A stretch of DNA of 51,001 bases from a virus (taxonomy: Duplodnaviria; Caudoviricetes), in the IMG/VR virus record IMGVR_UViG_3300020045_001742, positions 1 through 51,001 of that record. The stretch is one strand, 5' to 3'. A program made the translations under genes and the position numbers. Below, piece by piece: positions 17,013 through 26,808 of the stretch. How positions within the stretch are numbered: the first letter of the stretch is position 1; every line of letters begins with the position of its first letter. Below the pieces are notes generated by a model. It searched no databases and was not told the DNA's origin. It worked only from the letters and a program-made list of their open reading frames with translations.

Positions 17013-17480
17013 TTAATTATTTTCATGTCGCAACCAGTCAGCCATAAGCAAAGCCTCGGCCCGTCCGTGATGTTTAACCAGCTTTAACGGGGCTGTAGGC
17101 CACTTGGAGCGGGCTAGTTCTAGGCTTGCTTTCTTGTCTGTTCCGATTAGCCCGTGGTGCTTTTTCCACTTTTGAGGTGTAACCCACTCATACGGGTAAA
17201 GTAACAAATCAATCACGGCTTCAATGCATCCTGTCGCACGCATGAACTTTCCAGTGCTTGAAATTCCCTGTCCTGGCCTTACAAAAACGCTTTCTATGGC
17301 AAATTCTGCATCGTTTCCGTGGTTTCGGATTATTTCTTGCAGGGCTATTTTTAGCTTCCTTGGCCATATACGTTCACTGTAGCTCTCAATGTCAAAACAG
17401 TGGATGTATTCGCCATTGTGGTCAATCGCGCCGATAGCGCCGGTATTGAGGCCGGGGTCTGCGCCAATGTAAATGGTCAT
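17013..17480 (-). CDS. RuvC-like Holliday junction resolvase
   Basis: IYIGADPG, FAIESV, VTPQKWKK and GRAEALLMA motifs. Confidence 0.85.
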   Translation of the reverse strand: MTIYIGADPGLNTGAIGAIDHNGEYIHCFDIESYSERIWPRKLKIALQEIIRNHGNDAEFAIESVFVRPGQGISSTGKFMRATGCIEAVIDLLLYPYEWVTPQKWKKHHGLIGTDKKASLELARSKWPTAPLKLVKHHGRAEALLMADWLRHENN

Positions 17481-17647
17481 TCTTCACCTCGCATAACAGC
17501 TTCAATGCGTGAGAGCTTTACCTTTAGATCAACCATCTCATAAAGCATAGCTCTGTAGGCGTCAATTGCTTTTTCTGATTTTTCTTTTTCAGCTTCTAAC
17601 TGCGCTTTTAGCGTGTCAAATTGCAGCTTTTCTTTTTTTGTCATCAT
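17477..17647 (-). CDS. Small coiled-coil hypothetical protein (56 aa)
   Basis: ATGA overlaps at both ends. Confidence 0.6.
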   Translation of the reverse strand: MMTKKEKLQFDTLKAQLEAEKEKSEKAIDAYRAMLYEMVDLKVKLSRIEAVMRGEE

Positions 17648-19302
17648 TCTGTTTTACTCCAAACTCTATCAATAACATTGAAAAATTTACCGTTTTTCTT
17701 GTGGCTTATCATGCTTGGTGGTTTCCCGTTTGTCAGGTCAAAGGCGCATTGATCTAGGTCTTCGCTGACCGTTACACCTGCCCGTTTAGCCATGTCTGCA
17801 ACCGTCTGCCTTGCTTTTATCCCGGCGTAGTTGGTATGGTTAACCGCGTGATATTCCACAATTGCCGGGTTTGACAGTCCACCATAATAACGGACTTGGA
17901 GCATATCTAGGCCACTGGTTCGGCTTGTGTGCTTTTTCCATGCCCAGCTAGTTACTTGCATTTCTGTTGGTTCAATGCCTAGAATATCATCGTTTCTGAG
18001 ATATACGGACTTCTCTTTTACTTCAGGCGGTGGAAATTCATGTCCGCAAGATTCGCAGGTTCGAGACTGTACGGCGCATATTTCCTCGCAGTGCGGGCAT
18101 ACCTTGGTTGGTGCAGTGCCTTCGCCTTTGCGTGCTTTTGTAGGTGGCACGATGGCTGTAACAGGGCCGTGCTTCGCCACATTTCCAGCGAAGTCTAATA
18201 CCTTACAGCCATTGGGTTTAGCGCCGTTTTCCATAGCTAAAAAACGATCTTCCAAAACATCAAGGTCATATCCTTTGGCGTAGACTGGTCGCATACCCCT
18301 AACCGCGCATTGCAAGAATTTACCGGGTGATTCCGTTGGATTTAGAAACACAATCAAGTCAATCAATGGGTTATCGTAACCAGTGGTTAACTTTCCAACT
18401 GACACAATGCAAGTTAACTCGCCACGTTTGTGTGCTTCTATTCGCTTATCACATTCACTGTCAAGAATTCGCCCGTGAACTGAAGCCGCTTTTATTCCAC
18501 GCTCAACCAACAATTCAGTGATATGGTCACAATGGCTGATACCGGTACAAAACACCATCCAACTTTTACAATCTTCAGCGCGTTGGATTGTTTCGTTGAC
18601 GGCTCTCACATTGTTGTCGTGTGTGTCTATTGCACGCTCAAGCGCCCCAGCTACAAACTCATTTCCACGGTGTGCAACGCCTTCTGTGCTTAATGTTAGT
18701 GAGGTGTGTTTGCTTCTTAATGGTGCAAGGTAAGCATCATTTAACAAGTCTTCAATGTTGACTGGTTCGATTATGTCTTTAAATATCGCTTTTTCACCAT
18801 CGGTTATAAGCCCTTGTCCAAGTCGATATGGGGATGCTGACAATCCAACAAATCGAACTGAAGGATTTATTTCCATTAGTTCGGCCATGAATTGCCGGTA
18901 CTGGCCCTCCTCTTCGTTGGATATGGCGTGAGCTTCGTCAATTAGGCATATGTCAATATGCCCTAACTGTTGCGCACGTTTTGCAACTGAACCAATACCG
19001 GCATACGTTATGGGCTCGGTCAGGCACCGTCTATTCAACCCAGCCGAATAAATGCCCATTGGTGCATTAGGCCAAATTACACGTAGTTTTTCAGCATTCT
19101 GAGCTATCAGAGTCTTGCTATGGACAAGCATCAAAACACGCGTACCCGGCCAATTTTGCAAAGCATCTTTGACAATGGCCGCGATAATCACACTCTTACC
19201 ACTGCCACCTGGTAAGCATAAACAAGGGTTTCCGGTTTCGTTGTTTTCAAACCATTCATAAAGTGCTGTTACGCTGTTTGTTTGATAATCACGCAGCTTC
19301 AC
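17644..19302 (-). CDS. SF2 DExH helicase, RadD/YejH-like, with Zn finger
   Basis: LRDYQ, PGGSGKS, DEAH, GLSASPYR, VRGMR, VLDFAGN, CPHC..CESC. Confidence 0.92.
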   Translation of the reverse strand: MKLRDYQTNSVTALYEWFENNETGNPCLCLPGGSGKSVIIAAIVKDALQNWPGTRVLMLVHSKTLIAQNAEKLRVIWPNAPMGIYSAGLNRRCLTEPITYAGIGSVAKRAQQLGHIDICLIDEAHAISNEEEGQYRQFMAELMEINPSVRFVGLSASPYRLGQGLITDGEKAIFKDIIEPVNIEDLLNDAYLAPLRSKHTSLTLSTEGVAHRGNEFVAGALERAIDTHDNNVRAVNETIQRAEDCKSWMVFCTGISHCDHITELLVERGIKAASVHGRILDSECDKRIEAHKRGELTCIVSVGKLTTGYDNPLIDLIVFLNPTESPGKFLQCAVRGMRPVYAKGYDLDVLEDRFLAMENGAKPNGCKVLDFAGNVAKHGPVTAIVPPTKARKGEGTAPTKVCPHCEEICAVQSRTCESCGHEFPPPEVKEKSVYLRNDDILGIEPTEMQVTSWAWKKHTSRTSGLDMLQVRYYGGLSNPAIVEYHAVNHTNYAGIKARQTVADMAKRAGVTVSEDLDQCAFDLTNGKPPSMISHKKNGKFFNVIDRVWSKTE

Positions 19303-20291
19303 CCCACAACCCTCGCATCAAACTCACTAAACTTCTCACGCACGCCAGACGCGCACGCCTTCCAATTAGCCACAATCTCGCGGCTTAGATAGCCTTCGGG
19401 TGCATTGTGTATCGGGCCTTCTTTGGTTAGCCATATCACGCCAGTGTCAGCCACTTCCATCTCCCAGTTCGGCGTCATGTCTGGGTGCAAAACGTGGTTA
19501 TCACAGCCTGCAAGCTGTGCATTAAGGTTGGGGATTGTCATGTCCCAATGTTGGCAGTGCCATGTTCCATCGTCCACGGCGGTGCTATTTGCACACGTTC
19601 TACAGTTCACCTCTTTGGTGAGTTTCTCACCAAAACAGAGATCCCGCGCCGCGCAAAACTTGCATTCGAACCATGACGAATCCGTGCTAATTCCAGCCGG
19701 TGCATGATCAGCTTTAACGATACGATGACCGCGTTTAATGGCCTTTTCAGCCACGTCAGCGTTAAATGGCACCTGCTCTATGTACAGTTCGTCGTTGTCC
19801 TTACATACCATGACAAACAGCGCATGGTTGATCTGTTTTCCACTCATATAAAGGTGGCATTGCACAAAATAGGTAGGATTAGCTTTCTGCAAACCGTCTT
19901 TTTGCATGGCCTTGAACTTCTTTAAGCTGGCCGTCTTAATCTCTAGGATATGTTTTTCTTTTGAGTTACCCGGCACTCCACTTTCAATGATTCCATCAAT
20001 CGACCCTGATACATGGCATCCAAAGTCAACACGGCTTTGATTCGTGCCAGTGCTTACGATCTTCATGCCGATGTTTTGAAGGTCAGATACGACTGTGCGC
20101 TCCTCCAGCTGGCCACGGCGAAACAAGCGCAGGATTCGACCGGGGAACTTTTCAATAACGGCAAAGCGAAACGAATACCAAAGGTAACGATCACACGCAT
20201 GGCCTAGTTGTGAGCATCCCATATGGCCGCGTGGGCCTTCTTGGTTTGCTTCGTGTTGCGCGTCGATTAGCTCTTGAATGTCTTGTGACAT
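19299..20291 (-). CDS. PD-(D/E)xK Cas4-like exonuclease
   Basis: GCSQLGH.C.R, GSIDG, LEIKT, Q..LYM, CKFC..RDLC; SD aagga before ATG 20291. Confidence 0.85.
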   Translation of the reverse strand: MSQDIQELIDAQHEANQEGPRGHMGCSQLGHACDRYLWYSFRFAVIEKFPGRILRLFRRGQLEERTVVSDLQNIGMKIVSTGTNQSRVDFGCHVSGSIDGIIESGVPGNSKEKHILEIKTASLKKFKAMQKDGLQKANPTYFVQCHLYMSGKQINHALFVMVCKDNDELYIEQVPFNADVAEKAIKRGHRIVKADHAPAGISTDSSWFECKFCAARDLCFGEKLTKEVNCRTCANSTAVDDGTWHCQHWDMTIPNLNAQLAGCDNHVLHPDMTPNWEMEVADTGVIWLTKEGPIHNAPEGYLSREIVANWKACASGVREKFSEFDARVVG

Positions 20292-20343
20292 TGTTTGTCC
20301 TTTTTGTTGATAGAAAACCCGCTGATTAGGCGGGCCATTCATC

Positions 20344-21390
20344 TTAATCCATTAAGTCAGGTTCTGACGCAAACATGGCTTCTTGCTTGAAATTGTTTTC
20401 GCCTTCAAACCGCTTTGAGGCCAGTGATAGATTGATCTTCGCCTGTTTGAAGTAGCTGTCTTTTAGCTCAATTCCAATGGCTTTGCGGCCCATTGAAACT
20501 GGGCTGTAAACCTCAGAGCCTACGCCCATAAACGGGGTAAGAACGACTTCACCAGCGTTGCTATACAAGTCAACCAAGCGGTCAATCACGTCTAATTGGA
20601 GGGCGTGAACGTGTTTCTCGTCATCCTCTTCGCGTGCGTCACGAAACGGCAAAACATTGTCGATGCGAATGTCATCCCATACGCTTGATGCATAACGTTG
20701 CCAAATGTAGTGTGACAGTTTGTTGCTCTTCGGGTCTTTGTGATCGTGGAATGTATTGTTCAAATACTCCCACAACTCTTCTTCGTTAAACTTTGATTCG
20801 TTGGCATTGTTGAATGCACGCAAAATGTTAGGCAGGATGGGAGTCTCGCCAGCATACCGTTTTAAACCGCTTGGATGCGTCACTGGCACGGCGTTGTCGC
20901 CTTTCTTGGTGAATACCAATACATAGTCAGGCATTGCCGTAAAGCACTGTGTAGAGTCTTCTACAATCAGTTTATGCATTAGACTTTTAACCATTGTCCG
21001 CATACGCACTTTGAGTGGCTCTTTCCAGATAGTGATGCGGTTGCGGTATTGGAAACCATATTTTTCATGGAGTCGAATGATCTCGTGCGGGAAGTCCCAA
21101 AGGCGGCATGAGTTGTCGAAAACGTCAGTACAGTGGACGGCGTTTACTCGTCCCGGCTTTGTCACTCGCGCCATTTCAGCGATAAGGAATTCATAACTTT
21201 GGAGAAATTGTTCGCGCGTTTCGCAGTTCGACATATCGCGCGGGTCGCTGGAATATTGGTACAGCCCGCAAAAAGGGGGAGAATAAATTGACAAATCAAC
21301 TGAATTGTCAGGTATCGATGGCATAACCTCCATGTTGTCAGAGTTGTAAATAGCGTACTCTGGCGTGATGATCTGGTCTTTTGTTTTCAT
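20344..21390 (-). CDS. DNA amino-methyltransferase (beta class, N4-C or N6-A)
   Basis: Catalytic SPPF motif precedes SAM-binding VLTPFMGVGS; IGIELKDSY. Confidence 0.9.
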   Translation of the reverse strand: MKTKDQIITPEYAIYNSDNMEVMPSIPDNSVDLSIYSPPFCGLYQYSSDPRDMSNCETREQFLQSYEFLIAEMARVTKPGRVNAVHCTDVFDNSCRLWDFPHEIIRLHEKYGFQYRNRITIWKEPLKVRMRTMVKSLMHKLIVEDSTQCFTAMPDYVLVFTKKGDNAVPVTHPSGLKRYAGETPILPNILRAFNNANESKFNEEELWEYLNNTFHDHKDPKSNKLSHYIWQRYASSVWDDIRIDNVLPFRDAREEDDEKHVHALQLDVIDRLVDLYSNAGEVVLTPFMGVGSEVYSPVSMGRKAIGIELKDSYFKQAKINLSLASKRFEGENNFKQEAMFASEPDLMD

Positions 21391-22757
21391 GATAAAAATC
21401 CCGGTAGTTGAATTGATTGATTGAACTCTTTTTTAGTGAAACTGAAATCGCGGTTTGCAGCTTCGACAAGGTTGGAATAAAGCTCAATGGCCTTTTGTGT
21501 CTTTTGCTCCAAAGCCTCTAAAACACGCTCTTGGCCTTCGCTTATTACCATGTCGCAAATAACCTCTGACTTTTGACCGAAACGCCAAAATCTACGTATT
21601 GCTTGGTAATATTGCTCATAACTCCATGTTGGAAAAAAAACTGTATGGTTACAGTGTTGCCAATTGAGGCCCATAGATGTCATTTTTGCCTTGGTTATAA
21701 GGCGCTTAATGTCACCTTTGGCAAACGAGACTAATATGTCCTCTTTTTTATCGATTGACATACCGCCGATAATCTCTACCGCATCACGGTCAAGCTCTGA
21801 CAGTAGCGCGCTTTCATCGTTCAGGTTGCACCAATATACTGACGTTTTACCGTCTGCAAGTTGCACGGCTTTCTCACATCGTTCTTTTACCGTGAGTTTC
21901 TGCTCCTCGCGCACCTCTGTCATGGATTTTGCAGGCATGGCAAACAATGAAGCCTGATCATCTATGCACCATGTGTTTTTGTTATGCACCATGTGTTTTT
22001 TCAGGTGCAATGCTGGCAATTCATAATTTGAGTCGTCAAACCCTAAGTCTGATGGCTTCTTTACCATGATTGACCATTGGTTTACCCATGCGAAAAAGTC
22101 ACGTTCAGCGTGAGGTTTAAGGTAAAACTTCTCTCCAATATTGCGATTATTACTGTCTGCGCTGTTCTGGTTTGACTTAAAGAACTTTGTCAGCATATCC
22201 ATGTAACCCATGTATCCCAACGCCTCAGAGCTATTGCCAAGCTCAATAAAGTCATTCGGGCTGGGTGTGGCTGTGCTCAAAAATCGATATGGTACGCGCT
22301 TGATAAACGCCACGATAGCGTCACGGGTTTTACCGGCGAAGTTCTTCAAAATTCCTGATTCGTCAAGAATGACGCAAACGAAATCGTCAGGATTAAGCAA
22401 GTGCAGCCGCTCATAATTGCATACGACAATGTTTTTTGTGAACTTTCCGTCTTTGCTATGTTCAATGTCGTCAACTCCAATGCGTTCAGCTTCTTTGATA
22501 AACTGAAAAGCCACGGCCAAAGGCGTGAGAATCAAAACGCGCTTATTAGTCTTGCGGATGATGTTTTCAGCAATGGTAATGCTAATTAATGTCTTACCCA
22601 ATCCAGTGTCAGCAAACACCCCGATACGGCCTTTTCTGAGTGCCTTCGTGACAATGTGTTGCTGAAAATCAAACGCTGATTCAGGCATCCAAATAGGCTC
22701 AAATCCGAAGTTGCCCGTAGTGTGTGTTTTGTTTTTTATGAAGTCGGCATAACTCAT
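21387..22757 (-). CDS. SNF2-like helicase/ATPase
   Basis: DTGLGKT, LDESG, STATPSPND, GLNWQ and QAIRRFWRFGQ motifs. Confidence 0.88.
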   Translation of the reverse strand: MSYADFIKNKTHTTGNFGFEPIWMPESAFDFQQHIVTKALRKGRIGVFADTGLGKTLISITIAENIIRKTNKRVLILTPLAVAFQFIKEAERIGVDDIEHSKDGKFTKNIVVCNYERLHLLNPDDFVCVILDESGILKNFAGKTRDAIVAFIKRVPYRFLSTATPSPNDFIELGNSSEALGYMGYMDMLTKFFKSNQNSADSNNRNIGEKFYLKPHAERDFFAWVNQWSIMVKKPSDLGFDDSNYELPALHLKKHMVHNKNTWCIDDQASLFAMPAKSMTEVREEQKLTVKERCEKAVQLADGKTSVYWCNLNDESALLSELDRDAVEIIGGMSIDKKEDILVSFAKGDIKRLITKAKMTSMGLNWQHCNHTVFFPTWSYEQYYQAIRRFWRFGQKSEVICDMVISEGQERVLEALEQKTQKAIELYSNLVEAANRDFSFTKKEFNQSIQLPGFLS

Positions 22758-22819
22758 AACAATCCTTTTTGTTGTTGAAAAAACCCACCTAAGCGGGTTT
22801 CTTATTGTAGCTCAAAAAC

Positions 22820-23338
22820 TTACTTTTTAGCCCAAGGCGGTGATTTACTTGCAGGTGCTGGAGTTACCTGCCGTTGTGGTGCTGGCGCTGCTTGACGTGG
22901 TGCAGGGGCTTGCGCTGGTGCTCCGCCTGTCAGTGGCTTGTAAGCCTGAACGTTGTTTCCCGCCTTGTAGTCTCCTTGTGCTTCTTTGATCGCCAGCTTG
23001 ACAATCATTTGGCCTGACAAAAGCTGGTCGGTATCTTCAAAGGTTGCAGCTTGGATTCCAAGGATTCGCAGAATGTCACCCAACTGGCCACGGCCAATAG
23101 CCTCCGCCTTTTGGCTTGGGTTTTGAATGTTGAGCATTGAAAACACAACGCGCCCCATGTGAGTTGGTCCGTCAACAATCATTTTTAGATTGATGTAGGT
23201 TCCGTCACCAGCCTTGGTTTGCTTCAGGTCAGCGCCGTCGATTGTGACGCTATATTCCCCGGCTGGAAGTGGTGAAAAGTCGCCGTCACCAGTAGATGCC
23301 AAGTCTTCGTCCGTGAAACTCATTCCGATATGTGCCAT
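22820..23338 (-). CDS. DUF669-like ssDNA-binding protein
   Basis: FSPLPAGEYSVTI motif; Pro/Ala linker ending PPWAKK. Confidence 0.8.
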   Translation of the reverse strand: MAHIGMSFTDEDLASTGDGDFSPLPAGEYSVTIDGADLKQTKAGDGTYINLKMIVDGPTHMGRVVFSMLNIQNPSQKAEAIGRGQLGDILRILGIQAATFEDTDQLLSGQMIVKLAIKEAQGDYKAGNNVQAYKPLTGGAPAQAPAPRQAAPAPQRQVTPAPASKSPPWAKK

Positions 23339-23343
23339 GTTGT

Positions 23344-23733
23344 TTATTCCTTGTTAACAGTAGTGATTGAAAATGATGGCCGTGAAGCCGTTGTGGTGAT
23401 AGCTTTTGATAGCTGTTGCGTTACTTCTTTTGGCGCATTTTTCCATGCAGTCAGATTGATGTCAGGTTTCCAGCGAAACAACTGAGTAAGGTATGCGCCC
23501 ATGTAGTTTTCGCTTGCGATTTCCTGAACAAGATCAGCGTCAACCTTGCGGTTTAACCTGGTTGTCACCTTGACCGTGAAGTCATCTAGTTTAGTCGTTT
23601 GCACAGCATCTAAGCGATCGTCAACCTTCAGTGCTTCACTCAATTGGTCTTCGATTGATCTGCGGCGCTCTTGCGCTTCGTGTTCGTCAGACTTGGCTTT
23701 GAGCCATTGTTTTGAGAGTTCTGAGGTGTTCAT
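23344..23733 (-). CDS. Conserved hypothetical protein of the Sak4/SSB recombination module
   Basis: WLKAK..E..RR.IEDQL, LFRWKP and RPSFSI motifs. Confidence 0.65.
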   Translation of the reverse strand: MNTSELSKQWLKAKSDEHEAQERRRSIEDQLSEALKVDDRLDAVQTTKLDDFTVKVTTRLNRKVDADLVQEIASENYMGAYLTQLFRWKPDINLTAWKNAPKEVTQQLSKAITTTASRPSFSITTVNKE

Positions 23734-23990
23734 TCTTTTGCATCTTCGCTAAGTGAGTTTGCCCATTCAATGGCTTCTTTTTTACTTTTTAGCTTAATCC
23801 ATTCTGATTTTTTCGACTTTGCAGAAATACTAATCAAAAATAGACCGCATGTAAAAAACGTCCACCATCCTCCGCCTTGGTTGTTGCTAAACCAAATGCA
23901 CAGAATCAAGAATCCAAAAGTAACAATATCTGACAATATGCTTGCCAATGCTGTTTCATTGGTGCAAAAAATTAAAATTTCTTTTTTCAT
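23730..23990 (-). CDS. Hypothetical membrane protein
   Basis: Two hydrophobic segments; ATGA coupling. Confidence 0.6.
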   Translation of the reverse strand: MKKEILIFCTNETALASILSDIVTFGFLILCIWFSNNQGGGWWTFFTCGLFLISISAKSKKSEWIKLKSKKEAIEWANSLSEDAKE

Positions 23991-24166
23991 TTCAAGCCTT
24001 TCAATAGTTCATTTGCTTTTTCAATGCACTCATTACAAATGTTTTTTTCATCTTTTCCAGTCTGATTATTTGAAACAAGCCGATCAACTTGGTGTTCAGT
24101 CTTTCCGCAAAATGAGCATTTACGCTGCACTTTAGGTGGCTCTGTGAAGTTGATGATGTTTGTCAT
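23987..24166 (-). CDS. ClpX C4-type zinc-finger protein
   Basis: CSFCGK...ICNECI. Confidence 0.8.
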   Translation of the reverse strand: MTNIINFTEPPKVQRKCSFCGKTEHQVDRLVSNNQTGKDEKNICNECIEKANELLKGLK

Positions 24167-24372
24167 TTGCGAGCCTCTAGCATGGCATCGGCCATCTGAT
24201 AAGCATTCTTTGCACACGATTTAAAATCGTCATAACGGATCACCTCTTCGCACATTGATTGCATCGCCTTCGCTGCAAAGTAGTCGCGTAGGGTCATGCC
24301 TGGCCAACCGCTATTGCACCCGTGTTGCTCAGTCGCTGGAAACGCTAGCCCACCTGTTTCAATCTTACTCAC
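24163..24372 (-). CDS. Conserved phage hypothetical protein
   Basis: GGLAFP..GMTLRDYFAAKAMQ..AYQMADAML motif. Confidence 0.75.
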   Translation of the reverse strand: MSKIETGGLAFPATEQHGCNSGWPGMTLRDYFAAKAMQSMCEEVIRYDDFKSCAKNAYQMADAMLEARK

Positions 24373-25109
24373 AATACAGCTTTCACCATTGCATCATTAA
24401 ACGAATTCCAATTAAGCGAAAAGCTATCAGGCAAGCTGTAGCGATTCTTCGCCAAGTAAGCGGGCTTCTCTTGCGTGAAGATCATGCGTTCGCCGTTGCT
24501 GATAGCCCGTCCGCGCTCTTTATTGAAGCCTAAGTCTTCTTTCTTAACCACTGTTTTATAGTTGGCAAAGAAAACGCAGTCTGCCCACTCCTGAATAATT
24601 GCACTTGATCGTGTTTGCAGCTTTGGTTGATAACGGTCGTAGCTGTCTACCTCGGGGCTGTCGAATCGCTTAATCTCACTGTGACCAATGAGAATTACGT
24701 TCATGCCTTTGTCATTTCGCAAGGCGTTAAACCCGTCGAGAATGTCTCGCCACTTGTTGGCCAAGTACATTGCAGCCCGGCCATAAGCAAGCTCTTTGGC
24801 GTCGTGTTCAGCTTCAATCTCGCTGTTAAGCAAGTTCTCTAGCCAATCTACGGTATCGAGTGCCACGGTCTGGTATTCGTGTTCTTCGGTGTAAAGCGTC
24901 TGGATCATTTCCATCACGTCAGCGCTACTTGTGGCGATTGGAAAATGTGCCACGTCTAAGGCATCTAAGCCGTCTTCAGCGCAGATAAAGATCGGGTTTG
25001 GTGCTTGGCTTGCAAATGTACTTTTACCAATGCCGTGCGTTGAGTACAAGAAAATGCGAGGAGGGCGAAGGTTTTTACCCTTCTTGATAGAGCTAAGATC
25101 GATTGCCAT
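24369..25109 (-). CDS. AAA_24 / Sak4-like ATPase (ssDNA annealing)
   Basis: HGIGKSTFA Walker A, LDTVDWLE, EWADCVFF, AKNRY. Confidence 0.88.
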   Translation of the reverse strand: MAIDLSSIKKGKNLRPPRIFLYSTHGIGKSTFASQAPNPIFICAEDGLDALDVAHFPIATSSADVMEMIQTLYTEEHEYQTVALDTVDWLENLLNSEIEAEHDAKELAYGRAAMYLANKWRDILDGFNALRNDKGMNVILIGHSEIKRFDSPEVDSYDRYQPKLQTRSSAIIQEWADCVFFANYKTVVKKEDLGFNKERGRAISNGERMIFTQEKPAYLAKNRYSLPDSFSLNWNSFNDAMVKAVL

Positions 25110-25182
25110 TTTGATTCCCATCAGTTGAATTAGCCACCGTCTGACGATCAGTTCGTGGCATGGTCTAAGTGTAGCGCAATTA

Positions 25183-25443
25183 CTAGGTGTTTTTCCAGAC
25201 GCTTGCAATATTTTTTGAAGAATGTGAAATTTTCATTGATTCTTCTTTTCTTGCTTCTCGCTGAACTCTTTCTGCTGCGTAGTCTCGTTTTCGCTTACTC
25301 TTTGGCATTGCACCGTCAAAAATCGTCTCAATTGTGACGTACTTTTGAAAGCAACAATTGCACAGTCTAAGCCTGTAGACCTCTGTTGTGCTTTCGCGCC
25401 TGGTTTCTAAAACGCAGGATTGGGCGTTGTGTTGGCAGGTCAT
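25183..25443 (-). CDS. NrdR-like Zn-ribbon protein
   Basis: C..VLETR..RLRLCNCCFQKYVTIE. Confidence 0.65.
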   Translation of the reverse strand: MTCQHNAQSCVLETRRESTTEVYRLRLCNCCFQKYVTIETIFDGAMPKSKRKRDYAAERVQREARKEESMKISHSSKNIASVWKNT

Positions 25444-26087
25444 TGCATCACCGGAAAGAATGCGTTAATCGTCACTGGCGCAGCAACACGCAATTGCTCT
25501 AAAACCTGTTGTGCAATGGCGCGGTGTTCCTTTTGGGTTGACGGATCAAGTCGTGACTGGAGGTAGTGAATCCAACTGCGAAGCGTGCCACTCATATACA
25601 TGCGACTGGTCGTAAGTCCTTCAGGCAGTAAGGCGCGGGCCTGTTCTTTTGCTACGCCATTTTTAATCGCCCAGTCATAGGCGTCTTGCGCCTCTAGCAT
25701 GATTTTATTTTGCAAGTGCGCCCATGAATTTGACAGCCATTTCTCATCGTCTCCAGCCTCGATTGAGTTCTGACGATTAACCGTGTCTTGCAAGCGACAT
25801 TCACGCAATGGCGCATCTGGAAGGTCGTTTGTGTTGGCGTATCGCTGGCTAAACTCTTGAAAAGAAAAGCTACGATGGCGCAAAATCTGGCGGCCAATGT
25901 CTCGCGTCGTTGTGATCTCAATACATGCGCTCGCCATTTCAAACGGGCTTACATGATTGTGTTGCATCATGTATTTAAGCAAGCCAGTGATTGATTCGTT
26001 GTCTTGATTAGCAGGATTTGACACCCGCGCAATGTAGGCAATAAGTTTGTCAGCTTCTGGCGTTGCCCAGATTAATTTTGTGTTCAT
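25440..26087 (-). CDS. thyX: FAD-dependent thymidylate synthase
   Basis: RHRSFSFQEFSQRY ThyX signature; ARVSNP; KEQARALLP. Confidence 0.96.
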   Translation of the reverse strand: MNTKLIWATPEADKLIAYIARVSNPANQDNESITGLLKYMMQHNHVSPFEMASACIEITTTRDIGRQILRHRSFSFQEFSQRYANTNDLPDAPLRECRLQDTVNRQNSIEAGDDEKWLSNSWAHLQNKIMLEAQDAYDWAIKNGVAKEQARALLPEGLTTSRMYMSGTLRSWIHYLQSRLDPSTQKEHRAIAQQVLEQLRVAAPVTINAFFPVMQ

Positions 26088-26099
26088 TTGATTAAATCC

Positions 26100-26372
26100 T
26101 TATTTCTTCATGATGCTAAATTTCAATGTTGTTAGGTCGTAGCCACGCGCTTCTAACTCTTCAATCATGCTGGGATTCATGACGCTAAATAGCGGTTTGG
26201 CAAACGGGTCTGGATTCTTGGAGCACAGGAAGCTATGAAGCATGTTCGTGTCACGCTTCATAAGCGGGTTTCCTTGCCATGCAAGAACGATGTCGGGATT
26301 TTCGTGAGGAACCTTACCCCAGTACACACGCAGTTCCCCATCCTTTAGTTTTGGCTTACGAAAGCGTTTCAT
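26100..26372 (-). CDS. Hypothetical protein
   Basis: SM.EELEARGYDLTTLKFSI C-terminal motif. Confidence 0.65.
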   Translation of the reverse strand: MKRFRKPKLKDGELRVYWGKVPHENPDIVLAWQGNPLMKRDTNMLHSFLCSKNPDPFAKPLFSVMNPSMIEELEARGYDLTTLKFSIMKK

Positions 26373-26382
26373 AATTCTACCT

Positions 26383-26808
26383 TTAACTAATAATCTCAAA
26401 TTCAATCCCGCATTCATCAAACAGGCGCTTTGTTCTAACTGTGCTTTCTAGCCACCTAGCTGTAAATTCAGCTTCAGCATTAGCTGCTATAACATGCACA
26501 ATCCCAGCCTGAACGATAGCCCTGGCACAGTCAATGCACGGCGGGTGAGTTACTACTAAAGTCGTGCCGTTGGTTGAAAATCCAGCCTTTGCCGCTGCGT
26601 AAATTGCGTTTCGTTCTGCGTGTTCAAACCAAAAATACTTCTCTGGCCGTTCTTTGCGCTCGTCTTCGTCAGCGTTGCACTTTCGTGGTGCGCCGTTATA
26701 TCCCCACGGTCCACCGCTTCCGTCTTTGCCAATAATAACGGCACCAACTTTTGTTGTGTCTTTGCTTAGTTGAGCGATGGCTTTTGCTATTTGTAGGTAT
26801 TTGCTCAT
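26383..26808 (-). CDS. dCMP deaminase family protein
   Basis: KVGAVI, GYNG, HAERNAI and PCIDC motifs. Confidence 0.9.
   Translation of the reverse strand: MSKYLQIAKAIAQLSKDTTKVGAVIIGKDGSGGPWGYNGAPRKCNADEDERKERPEKYFWFEHAERNAIYAAAKAGFSTNGTTLVVTHPPCIDCARAIVQAGIVHVIAANAEAEFTARWLESTVRTKRLFDECGIEFEIIS

Noticed and set aside
19299-20291. CRISPR-Cas system suggested by the Cas4-like nuclease
   Set aside because: No repeat-spacer array or other cas genes seen; context is a phage recombination module
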